IMG/VR virus record: IMGVR_UViG_3300023184_003179
Location: 1-64,000 of that record
Direction: 5' to 3' (one strand)
DNA length: 64,000 nucleotides
Source of the DNA: a virus
This document shows positions 44,501-56,200 of this stretch, one piece after another (the stretch's first letter is position 1; every line of letters begins with the position of its first letter). Made by a program: the position numbers and the translations under genes. Below the pieces are notes generated by a model that made no database searches, was not told where the DNA came from, and was given only the letters and a program-made list of their open reading frames with translations.

Positions 44501-45336
44501 GACGTATAGTCTCCAAGATTCGCTTCATATATTGTACCATTTACTGTTATTTGAGTTTCTATTTGTTCATCATTGTTTAAATTAACAAACTCAATAATAA
44601 GATCTCCAGTAGTTTCATCAAAATAAACATTCTCTCCATTTAGCCCATTGCCAACTTCAGGTATTTTATCCTCTAGTTTAATTGAAAATCCAGCAAAAAA
44701 CCTATTTGCAGTTTGTTGAAGTCCTAAAATATTATTTGGATTATATTGTTGTTGAATTGCTGATAGATTTTTTATTGGTTGATAAGATATTTTTTGTCCA
44801 TTGACAGTATCTGATCTAACAATACTAATTAATTCTTGACCACCAATATTTTCAAAAATAAGATCTGACATTATTTCTATTGGAACTGCTGCATCGTCAA
44901 ACAAAATAGTGTCTATTGGGGCTGCTTTAACTAGTGGCGATGTTTCAAACATTCTTGCAGAAAACATTTCTGGCTCTGGTGCTGGAGGTGTTGCTTTTAA
45001 AAATGTAACTGGTTCATTGTTTGTTGGATGAATGCCATACATTCTATTATATTTAATGTCTCCAAAGTATTCTCTTTCTTTTTTATCTAAAATTGCAAGC
45101 ATTCCTTGTGTATTTATGCTTCCATTAGAAAGTGTTACGGATGCTCTTTCATTTGCAGTTAACTGTTGATACTCAGGAACATCATTAAAATATCCTTGAG
45201 AATTTACGCCACCTCTTGCTGCTACTTGCTCTGCTCCAACAATGCTTATTGCTTCTGCTGTTTTTGCAGCATTAATATCTTTATTAACTGTATTATTTTT
45301 TTGGCGTTCATAATTTGCCCAATCTAAAGCACCCAT
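44497..45336 (-). CDS. Minor tail protein (putative)
   Basis: Position in tail module. Confidence 0.5.
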   Translation of the reverse strand: MGALDWANYERQKNNTVNKDINAAKTAEAISIVGAEQVAARGGVNSQGYFNDVPEYQQLTANERASVTLSNGSINTQGMLAILDKKEREYFGDIKYNRMYGIHPTNNEPVTFLKATPPAPEPEMFSARMFETSPLVKAAPIDTILFDDAAVPIEIMSDLIFENIGGQELISIVRSDTVNGQKISYQPIKNLSAIQQQYNPNNILGLQQTANRFFAGFSIKLEDKIPEVGNGLNGENVYFDETTGDLIIEFVNLNNDEQIETQITVNGTIYEANLGDYTS

Positions 45337-45337
45337 A

Positions 45338-48300
45338 TTATACCTCCGCCAAATAAAGTGTCATGTCTGGACCATTTATTTTTCTTGTATAGTCAATATT
45401 ATATACTACAAACTTAGAAGTATCTGAAGTTACTAAATCTACTCCATCAGAATTTTTATAGTCAATATTTATAATATCGCCTAATTGAATTATTGGATTT
45501 GCAAATATTTTTATTCCAATAGATTTTTTAGGTTCCATTAATTTATCTGTTAACCATCCCATTAAACTTTCTGCGTCATCTTGTGTTTGTATATATGGAG
45601 TTTCTAATGTAAACTCATTATTTCCATATATCATTCTACTTAATTTAATTTTATCAAATTTTTCTTTTAATACTAAACTAGATGTAACTAATGAAGATCC
45701 AGTAAGTTCTGGGCTAGAAAGATTTCCCCTTTTCTTAAAATAATTGTCAACTGTTAATTCATGTGTTGTATCTTGTGTAAATGTTATTCCTTGAATTCTT
45801 AAATAATTACCAGTAGTTTCATCAAGGTTTAATGCTGTATCTGTAGAATTAAATATTAAAAATTCTGCACCATAAGAATCTGCATAAAAACCAGATGTTG
45901 TGTATCCTTTTATTCTATTAAATGTTGGTGATAGTTGAGCATAAAGAGCAGGGTATGCACGGTCATACTTTATATCAAAATATGCACACTCTCTCATGAT
46001 TGATCCAAATTCTTCAAAATACATATTATATTTAGGTGGTTGCTGAGAACTAATGCCAGATAAATATGTTGATTTGATTATTCCACTCATTCCATACTTT
46101 CTAAATGATTCATCTGCATCTATTACCTTATCTCCAAATGCAGAAGAAATTGTTTCTCCTACTGTAAATACTGTATTTTGAGAGTAGTTTTCTGAAAGAG
46201 CGTATACGTTTTCAAACATGCATCTAGATGATCCACGAACAAAAGTAGCCATATTATTATATGTTGGAAGCGGATCTGTATCATCAACAACTTTTATTAA
46301 TTTATTATTAATGTATAAATAAAACCTTCTTATTTTTCCAATGTCTTCATACTCTACTGCTAAATCATATACAGTTGGATTTTCTTCGCCAGTTGTTCTG
46401 TATTGACCAGTAAATCTTCCGTCATCAACAATAATCTTTGACAGCCCTCCCCAAAGTTTTACTGGAATTGCATTATTATTAGATGAATCTTTTTTAATTT
46501 TATAAAATACAACATTGTTAATAGATATATCAGATTGACCTTGATTATCTAATTTTAAATAAGAGTTTATATTTTCTTCTGTTAATGCAACAATTTCAAA
46601 ATAATATCCATTATTTGTTTGTGGATTAAGAAGAACCGCCATTCCTCCAGATCCTCCACCAATGCTTACGTTTTGATCTGGCTGAACTCCAGGAACCTGA
46701 TAATAAGTTACGCTTCCAGTTGGTGTCTGGCTACGATTTTCATTGTTTTCTATTTTTCCAACAATTCTTATTCTTGTTCCAAAATGTTTATATGCGTTAT
46801 CAAGTTCTTTATAAACATAAGAAACAAGATTTATTGGTGTTTCTGTTGTTGTAAAAGAAGGACCGTTTATAACCAAAGCAGAAGATTGAATTGTTCCAGA
46901 CTGTGTTGATAGATTGCTGTTTACTTCAGTTTCTGTTATGTGGCTTGACGACATAAAGTTTTTTATTGTTCCGCCTCGCGATGCTTGTCTAGCCTTTGTA
47001 TCATTTATTCCAGCAGCGCCTATACTTGTTGCTGGCAAGGAAAGATTTTCTAGCAATGTTGTTGTAAATAAATATTGAGATTGCATTTCACAACCTCTTA
47101 CGTAGTCATTATTTGACCAATAAGAATTAATGCCAGCAGTGTGCTCTGCAATTTCTGTTCCAAATTGTGCACGACCATGTTCTGATACCGCTCCATTTTG
47201 CAAACGAGTTATTCCATCAATCGTTTCATAATAGGGAACTGTATATATCCTAATTAATCCTGTTGGATATATTTTTCCATTAAATGGAATAGATTTAAAA
47301 TAATTTTGATAATCTTGATTGCTTGTAATCCAAACATTTCCAATGCCAGTAACATTAAATTCTGCTGCATCATATTTAATTATTTCACCATTAGAATAAA
47401 AATATCCTTGGTATCGTGTAAGCCAATAAACGTTTTCACCTAAATCTATAATATTATTTATAACTGAATGATTTACAATTATTGGAGCAATTGCTGGCAG
47501 ATCTGAGTTAAGTGGCATTGCACCCAAAACATACTTTCCTTGTTTTGATGCAACTTCATTTATTGTTTTTGTTGAATCAGTTCCAGAAACTTCCCATAAT
47601 AATGCTGGCTTGTATATCCAAGTTTTTTCTTTATCTATCATACTTGCTTGACGTATAGATCCATAGGATCTTTGTATGTATCTAGATGTATAATTAATCT
47701 TTCCATTATTATAAACCTTTTTATCTTCTGAGGCAATAGAAATAATATTAGGCAATGTACCAGATGTTTGATTTTCAATTATTCCGCTTTGTGATTGATT
47801 ATTAGATCCAGATAAAGTCATATCTGCTTCTCTTGATGTTGGCAACATATAGTTTTTACTCATCATAACAAAATTATTATATTCATCAAAAAACATTGCA
47901 CTTTGTGTTGATACAGCCAACTGATTTAAAACTTCTGCAACAGTTTGATCTGGAGCAATAAAGAAAAATGGAATAATTGGTTCTGGTTCATTTTCTTCTC
48001 TATAAAAAATATAATTACTAAAACCAATATAGTCAAGCAATAAACTAATTGCATAACTAAGAGATGTTTCTGTTGTAAGAATTCTTGGTGCAGGCATTGA
48101 TTCTAAGAAAAAATAAAAATCTCTTAATTGTAATTGTAGCGTTCCAGCAGTTACATCTGCTTGTGGAAAGCCATCTGAGTATAAAGTTTTAATAGGAACC
48201 CAATAGTCAAATCCTTCTACGTTTAATATCTTTTCATAAAAATTAAATTTAATATTTTTACGAATATAATCTTTTACAATACTTGTGGAATTATTATTGT

Positions 48301-49651
48301 TAAATGCTTGATCATCATCAAATAAAGATAGTGAGCCAGTTGATGCAAGTAGTTGTCCTACTGGTAATGCAGAATTTCCAAGATCTGAAAGAATTTTTTT
48401 AACATTATATTCAATAACTTTATCTGATATATCTACTACTAGTCTTGGAGACATTTCAATTAAATCAAACGTAGACTCAAACTTATTCATTCTTTCTACT
48501 GCTACTCTTATTCCACGAATATTTTGAAACTCTCTATACACTACATTTCCATTTATACCTTCTTTAAAATATGCAGGATTTGTAAGTTCTTTTACAAAGG
48601 TTGTTTTATTATCTATTTCTTCATTTCCAAGTATCCAGCCATAGGCAGGGACAAAGTTTTCATACTCATTAGTTGTTCCGTTCCAAATATAAAAAGTTCC
48701 AACATCTTCATTATTTTCAATTACTAAATAAGAATATCCAGTTATTGAAACTGTTGGAAGCAAAGTACTAGAAGACAGCGTTTCTGCAAAAACAAATGAA
48801 TCTTTAAAGTTATCTGGGATGTTTGTTAATCCATATTGCAATTCAACATATCCATCATTTTTAACTATTTGACTTCCGTCTTCACGCAAATCATTTTCAT
48901 TAAATACATATGCATCTGTCCAGTTATCTCCATTTAAATACTGAACTCTCCATCTTGTTGGAGTTGTTTTGTTGTTGTCTCCATAAAATGGATCTGCAAA
49001 TGTTTTTGAAATATCTGTAAAAGTACCAAGATCAATATCCCCAACATTAGTTTGCATTTTAACAATAATTCTATTTGCTGGAACGTTTTCTTTATAAACT
49101 ACAAATGGAACTGCATCATCTATGTAGTAATTACCATTGACTGTTATGTTTGCAATGCCACGCTCTGTACCAGATTCAGTTCTAAAAGATGTCCAGTATT
49201 TAAATTGATCATCTCTGGATGGCATGTAATATCTTGGTCGTCTTGCAAGATTGCTGCCAGAATTTGATAAATACTTTCCATTAAAAAATGTTGCTTTATT
49301 AATACCAGATCTTGGTCTAAATGGTTTAACGCAGTCTTCTAGTGAGTATAAAAGTTTAAGTTTTTCTTTTTTTGATGTAAATGCTTTGGGGGTTCCATTA
49401 TTTTCAAAACCACCATCAACAATAACATCTGCATCTGTTGCTGCTGTATAAAAATTTCCAGTATCAGCATTATCAAATGTATTAAAAAGTGTTAAGAACT
49501 GAGAGTTTTGTTCTTGTGGTCTATATCTGTAGTTACCAAGTTTATAAATATTATCTGGCATATTCATATTCCACTCAGCAAGAACTAATGACTGAGTTTG
49601 AATTGTTGCTGATGTTTCAAAGTGATTTTTTAATTCTGTACTTTCAAACAT
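45338..49651 (-). CDS. Large tail tip/hub protein
   Basis: 1437 aa downstream of tape measure; LNQLAVSTQSAMFFDE and NPIIQLGDII hub-like motifs. Confidence 0.65.
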   Translation of the reverse strand: MFESTELKNHFETSATIQTQSLVLAEWNMNMPDNIYKLGNYRYRPQEQNSQFLTLFNTFDNADTGNFYTAATDADVIVDGGFENNGTPKAFTSKKEKLKLLYSLEDCVKPFRPRSGINKATFFNGKYLSNSGSNLARRPRYYMPSRDDQFKYWTSFRTESGTERGIANITVNGNYYIDDAVPFVVYKENVPANRIIVKMQTNVGDIDLGTFTDISKTFADPFYGDNNKTTPTRWRVQYLNGDNWTDAYVFNENDLREDGSQIVKNDGYVELQYGLTNIPDNFKDSFVFAETLSSSTLLPTVSITGYSYLVIENNEDVGTFYIWNGTTNEYENFVPAYGWILGNEEIDNKTTFVKELTNPAYFKEGINGNVVYREFQNIRGIRVAVERMNKFESTFDLIEMSPRLVVDISDKVIEYNVKKILSDLGNSALPVGQLLASTGSLSLFDDDQAFNNNNSTSIVKDYIRKNIKFNFYEKILNVEGFDYWVPIKTLYSDGFPQADVTAGTLQLQLRDFYFFLESMPAPRILTTETSLSYAISLLLDYIGFSNYIFYREENEPEPIIPFFFIAPDQTVAEVLNQLAVSTQSAMFFDEYNNFVMMSKNYMLPTSREADMTLSGSNNQSQSGIIENQTSGTLPNIISIASEDKKVYNNGKINYTSRYIQRSYGSIRQASMIDKEKTWIYKPALLWEVSGTDSTKTINEVASKQGKYVLGAMPLNSDLPAIAPIIVNHSVINNIIDLGENVYWLTRYQGYFYSNGEIIKYDAAEFNVTGIGNVWITSNQDYQNYFKSIPFNGKIYPTGLIRIYTVPYYETIDGITRLQNGAVSEHGRAQFGTEIAEHTAGINSYWSNNDYVRGCEMQSQYLFTTTLLENLSLPATSIGAAGINDTKARQASRGGTIKNFMSSSHITETEVNSNLSTQSGTIQSSALVINGPSFTTTETPINLVSYVYKELDNAYKHFGTRIRIVGKIENNENRSQTPTGSVTYYQVPGVQPDQNVSIGGGSGGMAVLLNPQTNNGYYFEIVALTEENINSYLKLDNQGQSDISINNVVFYKIKKDSSNNNAIPVKLWGGLSKIIVDDGRFTGQYRTTGEENPTVYDLAVEYEDIGKIRRFYLYINNKLIKVVDDTDPLPTYNNMATFVRGSSRCMFENVYALSENYSQNTVFTVGETISSAFGDKVIDADESFRKYGMSGIIKSTYLSGISSQQPPKYNMYFEEFGSIMRECAYFDIKYDRAYPALYAQLSPTFNRIKGYTTSGFYADSYGAEFLIFNSTDTALNLDETTGNYLRIQGITFTQDTTHELTVDNYFKKRGNLSSPELTGSSLVTSSLVLKEKFDKIKLSRMIYGNNEFTLETPYIQTQDDAESLMGWLTDKLMEPKKSIGIKIFANPIIQLGDIINIDYKNSDGVDLVTSDTSKFVVYNIDYTRKINGPDMTLYLAEV

Positions 49652-50287
49652 TTATACTTCTTCCAGCGTTACCGATATATTCCAAAGATCGTGATTATTT
49701 GCTCCACGCTTTACAACAGAATAGTTAAAGTCTGCAAAATAAACTTGAATTATTTGATTATATCTGTTTAAAGCATTATATTGATAATTTTGTCCTTCAA
49801 GATTTTTATATTTATCATATGCTAAATACATCCAGAATGGTCCTTGATGATTTTCATACCAATCAAGAAGTTCTCCTCCACCTGCTCCACCATCTGCAGT
49901 ATACTCATCTGTTGTTCTTATATTTGGGGATAATCCTGTTGTTTCGCTATACCCTGGCAAACCAGAATATCCTCTTGATGGAAGCATATTCCAAGATACT
50001 GACATATTTAGTTTATCTGCAATATGATAAGAGCGCATGCGACCGTTAATTGTTCTTTGGCGCTCTTCAATTCTTTGATTATTAAACTGCATCTCTCCTC
50101 TATTATGGTCAGATAATATAATGAATTGGTCTAATAGGTCTGTGTCAGTTTCTTCAGTTGTTGCTCCAACCTCTATGCCATTAGGTACGTATAAGCCATT
50201 GGAGAGGGTTCCAGCGTTGTTTGCCCATAGAATGCTCTGTGGTCTAGAGTATCTTTTTCTACCCGTTAAATATGCGCTTGTGGCCAT
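49652..50287 (-). CDS. Distal tail protein (putative)
   Basis: Directly after tape measure; ends WNISVTLEEV. Confidence 0.6.
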   Translation of the reverse strand: MATSAYLTGRKRYSRPQSILWANNAGTLSNGLYVPNGIEVGATTEETDTDLLDQFIILSDHNRGEMQFNNQRIEERQRTINGRMRSYHIADKLNMSVSWNMLPSRGYSGLPGYSETTGLSPNIRTTDEYTADGGAGGGELLDWYENHQGPFWMYLAYDKYKNLEGQNYQYNALNRYNQIIQVYFADFNYSVVKRGANNHDLWNISVTLEEV

Positions 50288-53200
50288 TATCTACGTTGCC
50301 CCCTAATTCTTTGTGCATCAACATTTTTAATTTGTGTCATAACTGCTCTAGCAATGTCATTAGCATTTGAACTATTTCCATTAATGTTAAAGCCTAAACT
50401 ATAATTATACACTGCTGTAGAGTTATCACTTACTGAACTAGATACATTATTTATTGGGGCACCGTAACCTGAACTTCCTGCTCCAATCATTGATGGATAT
50501 TTAGATTCATTAAGTGATTTAAGTAATGGACCAAATCTCTTAGATGCTGCTTTATTTACAACAAATTCTCCAGGGGTTAACATTGTAGGAACTGAGTCAG
50601 ATCCTATTCTTCCACCACTTGCAAAATATTCAGGAACCATTCCACCCATAGACATTGCTTTTATTTTTCCACCGTACATTCTGTCATTAATTCTAAATCC
50701 AGTAAATGGACTATCTGTCGTTGTTGATGCTTTAGTTGTTGAAGCAGTAGGAGCAGTTGGTGCTGTACCAGTAACATAGTTTGTTGTAATTGTAATTACT
50801 TTGTTATTTATTTGTTTCCATGCTGCAAGTATTCCTTCGGCTGCAGTTTTTGCTTCTTTTATATTTTCCTTTGTAAATTCAAGTTGTGCATTTGCAGCCT
50901 CTATTTTAATTCTATTTGCTTCCCATTTATCAGCAGTTTCACCAAGGTATGTAACGCTCTCAACAATCTTATCTGTATATGCGTTATAATCCTTAAGTGT
51001 TTGTGATGTACTATCAACTATTTTTTGATTTGGAATTAATGAATTTTGTTTAACTGTATAGATCTGCTGCTCAATTGCATAGTTCTTATCTTGAATAACT
51101 GTAATCTGATCTTGTAAAACTTTTTTCTGTTGTTCAAGTAAAAATGTTTGTTGTCCAATTTGATATGTACGTGCTTCAATTTGATCTTTAGTCATACCAC
51201 CAGCAGTTAATCCAGTAAGTGCTGCTTGGCGTGATGCTTCCATAGATTTTTGCTGTTGATCTATTCTTGCTGCTGCTGATGCTGCACGTGCTTCTTGTAC
51301 TGCTACTGCTGCTGCAGAAATATCTCCAGACGTTAATGCATCTGCAATTGTAAGTCTTGATTTTTCCTGTGCTGCAAGTTCTTGATTAAGTGATGATATT
51401 TTTTCAAGAGCATCAATTTGTGCATCATACTGTTTGTTAATACTGTCTTCTTGTTTACGAATAATGTCAAGATTATTATTTAATATTGTTGACTCATCTT
51501 GTAACTTTTGAATTGGTCTATCATAGTTAAGTTCAATTTTGCGATTTAATAAATCTGCTTCATGATTATTTGCATCAATTAGTTCTTGCTTAGCGTCAAT
51601 TTCTTTTTGTGCAGCATCTACTGCTTTTTGAGCATTGTCAATTTTTGACTGTAATAGATCTGCTTCTGACTTTCTTTGACGTCTAATCAATGCTTCTTGT
51701 GAATCAAAGAAGTTTTTAATAATTGCATAGGCCTTATTGTATTTTTCTATATTTGTTATTTTTTCAGTGGAAGTTCCTGCATTTTTTGCTGCGGTTGCCA
51801 TTTGCTCTAAAAACTTAGTTGCTAAATTGATTTGTGGATTAAGTTCATTTTTTACTCTTCCTGCAGTACGTTGTGTTGCTCCATCCCATTTTCCAGTTTC
51901 TGTAGAAGCAGCAGCAAGTGCATTAATCATACTTTCTGTTACTGTAATTCCAAGGGAAGCAGCCTTTAAAATAAGTATTTGATCTGCAACATTTTTAATT
52001 TTTACTGCTGCTTTTGCAAGTTCTGAAGGTAAAGATTTCATTAAATTTGACATTAAAAATAGTGCTTCAGGCTTTGGCATTGCTTTGATACTTGCAGATA
52101 TTCCATCAAATGATTGACTAAATTGTTCTGCATTAATAGTACCAGATCGTAGTTGTGTGTCAAGGCTCATAAACGTATTTTGAAGTACATTTGAAACTGT
52201 TGCTAAATTCTTTTTTAGGTCTTTGCTTAAAACTTCTACTTCTTTTACTACTCCTCCACCACGACCTGACCCTACATAAATTTTAGTTTTTGCGTATCCT
52301 TTATTAAACGCAGATTGATAATCTTTTAGCAATGTATCTACAGAACTTTGTAGTCCAGCCCGTCCTTCTTTTGTATTTAAATCAATACTCTTTAAATCAA
52401 ATTTAACATCAGTTCTTCCTGCTTCTTGCTGTAGTGTATAAATAAAATTATTTATTGCTTCTTTTGTTGCTCCTTGTCCAGCAAGTCTTAGTGCTAATGA
52501 TTTAAATACAATATCTGTAGTTTTTTTATCTGTAACAAAGTTATTGTTTTTATCTTTAGCACCCAATGTTTTAACTTGTGCTTTAAATTCTTTATCTGTT
52601 TGTAGCAATTTTCTTGTTTCTTCAACTTGTTTACTTTGTTGTGGAGTGAGACCAGATACTGCTGGTTTAGCCAATTCTAAATTACTTTTAAGTGGAGTAA
52701 AGTTTAGTATTCCTCCAAGTTTTTCAATTTGTCCAGAAGATAAATTAGCAGCCTTGCCAAGACCTTCAATTGATTGACGTTCTTTTTCTCTAAGGGCGTT
52801 AGTTATTTTTATAATTCCATACATTCCTGCCAAACCACCAGCAACCAATTTAAGTGGACCTGGAAGCATCATGATTGCTTGTGCAGCAAATGCAATACCT
52901 GAAGCCTGTCCAGCAATGTTTCCTGCTGTTCCTGGAAGCATAGATGCAGCCATTCCTACACCCATCATTCCCATGCTAGCCTTCATTGGATTAACATTTT
53001 TTAATCTTCCAAGTACGCTTGGCTTTTGTGTTGTTCCACCCATCATTCCCATTACCTTTGGACCTATAGCCATTTCTTGTTCAAGGTTTTTATATTTTAA
53101 TTGTTTCTCTAATTGTCTACGGATAGACTTTGTAACAGGATCAATTCCACCTGTTGTTCCATACAAATTTGTTTTTGAAAGTGTTGCAATATCTGCAATT

Positions 53201-56200
53201 TTTGCTGCTTCAGTTTGTAGAGGTGTTTCTCCTTGTTTTAATCCAGTAAGAAGTCCACCAATAATATTTTTTCCAAGTCGCATAGTACGTTTTGAATCGG
53301 AATGAGTTTCTGCTTTTTTTTCTAATGCAGAAAGCATTTCTTCCATTCCTGCAACACCTTGCAATTTAAGTTTTTTTACAAAACTAGATTGTCCTCTATA
53401 TGTTGCTAATGCAAGATTTCTTTTAGCCAATGCTAATTCTTGTGGAGTTCTAGAACCAACACCTGGGCTTGCAGGTCCCATTGCAGCACGAGCACCTGCT
53501 GCTGCTAATGCGCCTTTTGCTGTTGTTGCAAGTCCTGCAGACGTTGTTTTCATAAGGGCAGTATCTGCAAGCATTTCTTTTAATACTTTTGCTTGTATCT
53601 GTAATTCATCTTCAGTTAATGCAAGATTTTTTGTAATTTTTTCTTGAAGAACATTTTTTTCTTGATCTGTTGCATCTACTTTAGATAATGCAGTTAGATA
53701 TGCTTTTTGATTTCTTTCATATGTAAGAGATTGGCTTAATTCATTTTCAGCGTGGGTTTGAACAACAAATGCATTTTCTTGCCATGCTTCACCATATCTT
53801 TTTTCTGCATTTACAATTTCAATAACATGTGCTCTGTCAATTTGAAGTGCCTCATTTAGTTTGCTGCCAGTAATACCAAGGTTTTGATATTCTTTATATA
53901 CTGCTTCTGCTGCAGCATTTGCTCTTGCTACTTCTTCTGCACCTGCAGCGCCACGGCTTGCCATTTGTTCTGGAATACTTGCTGTAATTCCAGCCTTTTT
54001 TGCACTATATTTTCTTGCTCCAACAACTGATTCTTTTAATTGTACATTTTCTAAAGAATGAGTTACAATATCTAATTCTTTTATAAATGATCTAAAACTA
54101 ACTTTAGAATCATCTGCAACTCTAACTAATGTTTCTGCAACTATACCTTCTGCATCGGTTAACTCTGTTCCTCCAGACAAAATTTTATTAATTACTGATT
54201 GTATTTGTCCAAGCGCTCCAGCAGAATTAAAATTCATTTCAACTGCTTTTCCACCTACATTTAATGTACCTTTTGCATATCTACTTGCAACCTTGCCAGA
54301 AAATAATGATGCAAGTAATCCCATATTTTCTTTAGCAATACCTTTTGGAACAACCACTTCTCCAGGTGTAAGCATTGCTGGAACTGTGTCTCCATTTCCA
54401 GATCCTGGAACAACACCACCCTTTGCAAACTTTTTACGTCCCTTGATTGGCATCATCATTCCTGGATTTGCCATTGCAAAACTTGATGAAGCCTTAATAG
54501 CGGATTCATAAGCAAGAACAAGTTGTTTAACTGCTGATGTTTCTGCTGTAAATGTTTGTGTTAAATTAGCATGTGTTTGATTAAGAGAGTGTGCTGCTGC
54601 TGCAGCATCTAACTGTTCCATAGTCATGTACTGTGTTTGTTCACCAAGAACTTGTGTTTGACCAGTTAATCTTAGATATCCACCACGAAGAGTTAAAAAT
54701 AATTTTATAATGTTTGCAAGACCATTAGCAAGCAAGCCAAATGTCATAAGAAGTATTGGTCCTGCAGCACCTATTCCTACTGTTAGCAGGGTAATTACTT
54801 TTTTTGTTCCGTCTGAAAGTTTGCCAAATTTTTCAAGAATATTTCCAACAAATTCAACTATTGGAGTTGCTGCTTGTAAAAATGCCTGGCCAACTGGAAC
54901 AAGGGCTACCTTTAAATCTTCAACGCTCTTTTTAAATTTATTCATTGCAGAGTCAGCAGTCATTCCTAATTCTTTTTCAGATAATGCTGAAAGTTGCTCA
55001 ACAGAAGCATTTGCTAAATCAAGAACACGAGATGCTTGATTTCCATCTTTTGCTACGTTAGCAAATAATGTTGATAGACGAGCAAACTGAAATTTACCAA
55101 ACATTTGTTCAATTGCTCTTGCTCTTGCCAGTGGATCTAATTTATTTAATGCTTCTGCAAAGCCAATAACTGTTGCTTTAAGATCACCTTTATTGTTATC
55201 AACAATAGCCTTTGCATTAATTCCATATGATGCAAGCATATCTGATGCTTTTTTAGTTGGATTGATTAAAGATGCAAGACCAGATTTAAGTGCGTTAGCG
55301 CCTTCTGATGCATTTATTCCACCTTCTTTCATTGCTGTTAAGAAGAATGCAAGATCTTTTACGTTACCACCTAATTGTTGAATTACTGGAGCAACTTTTG
55401 GAATTGCTGTTGTAATATCATCAAGAGATGTTACAGTTTGGTTTTCTACAGCGTTTAAAAAATCAATATTAGATGCAAGATCTTGTGATGAAATACTAAA
55501 AGCATTTTGTAATGCAATAGTTGTTTGAAGAGCCTGTTGCTGATCAATTTGACCAAGAACAGCAAGCCTTGTTGCTTCTTTAGTTTGTGCTTGTAAATCT
55601 AATCCTTGAAAACCTGCTGCTGCTGCATCTGCTGCAAGTCCTACCGTTTGAGATGCTGCAACACCATATTTTGTAAATGAGTTGGCAAGTTCTTTAACTC
55701 CAGCAAGTGCTTCGTTACTTTGTGCTGGAGTTGTAAATAAATCTCCATAAACTTTTCTAAATTTTAATGCTTGAGTTTCCATATCCATAAAGGCTTTTGA
55801 TGCAGTGCTTCCAAATGCAACTAATGGAAGAGTAAAACCAACCATCAACTGACGACCAGCCCACTGTGTATTTTTACCAAAATTTAAAAGATTGGTAGAT
55901 CCTTGTTTCATTAATTGATTAAATAATGCTTGTTTTTGTGCTGTTAATTGAACCTGTGTTCCATAATCATCCATATTAAGTTGAGTTGGCATAATAGCCA
56001 TTGCTTTCATTGTGCCGTTTGTATCACGGCCCATTTTAATATATTGTGTTTGTAGTCTTTTTACACGTTCTTCTGCTACTTTGCCAATTGTGTCAAACTC
56101 TGTTTTAAACAGACGACCAAATGTTTTTGTTGATGCTCCCGCATAACGGAAGTATTCTCGCATTGAAAATTTGTTTGACTCTAATGCATGCGTAAATGAT

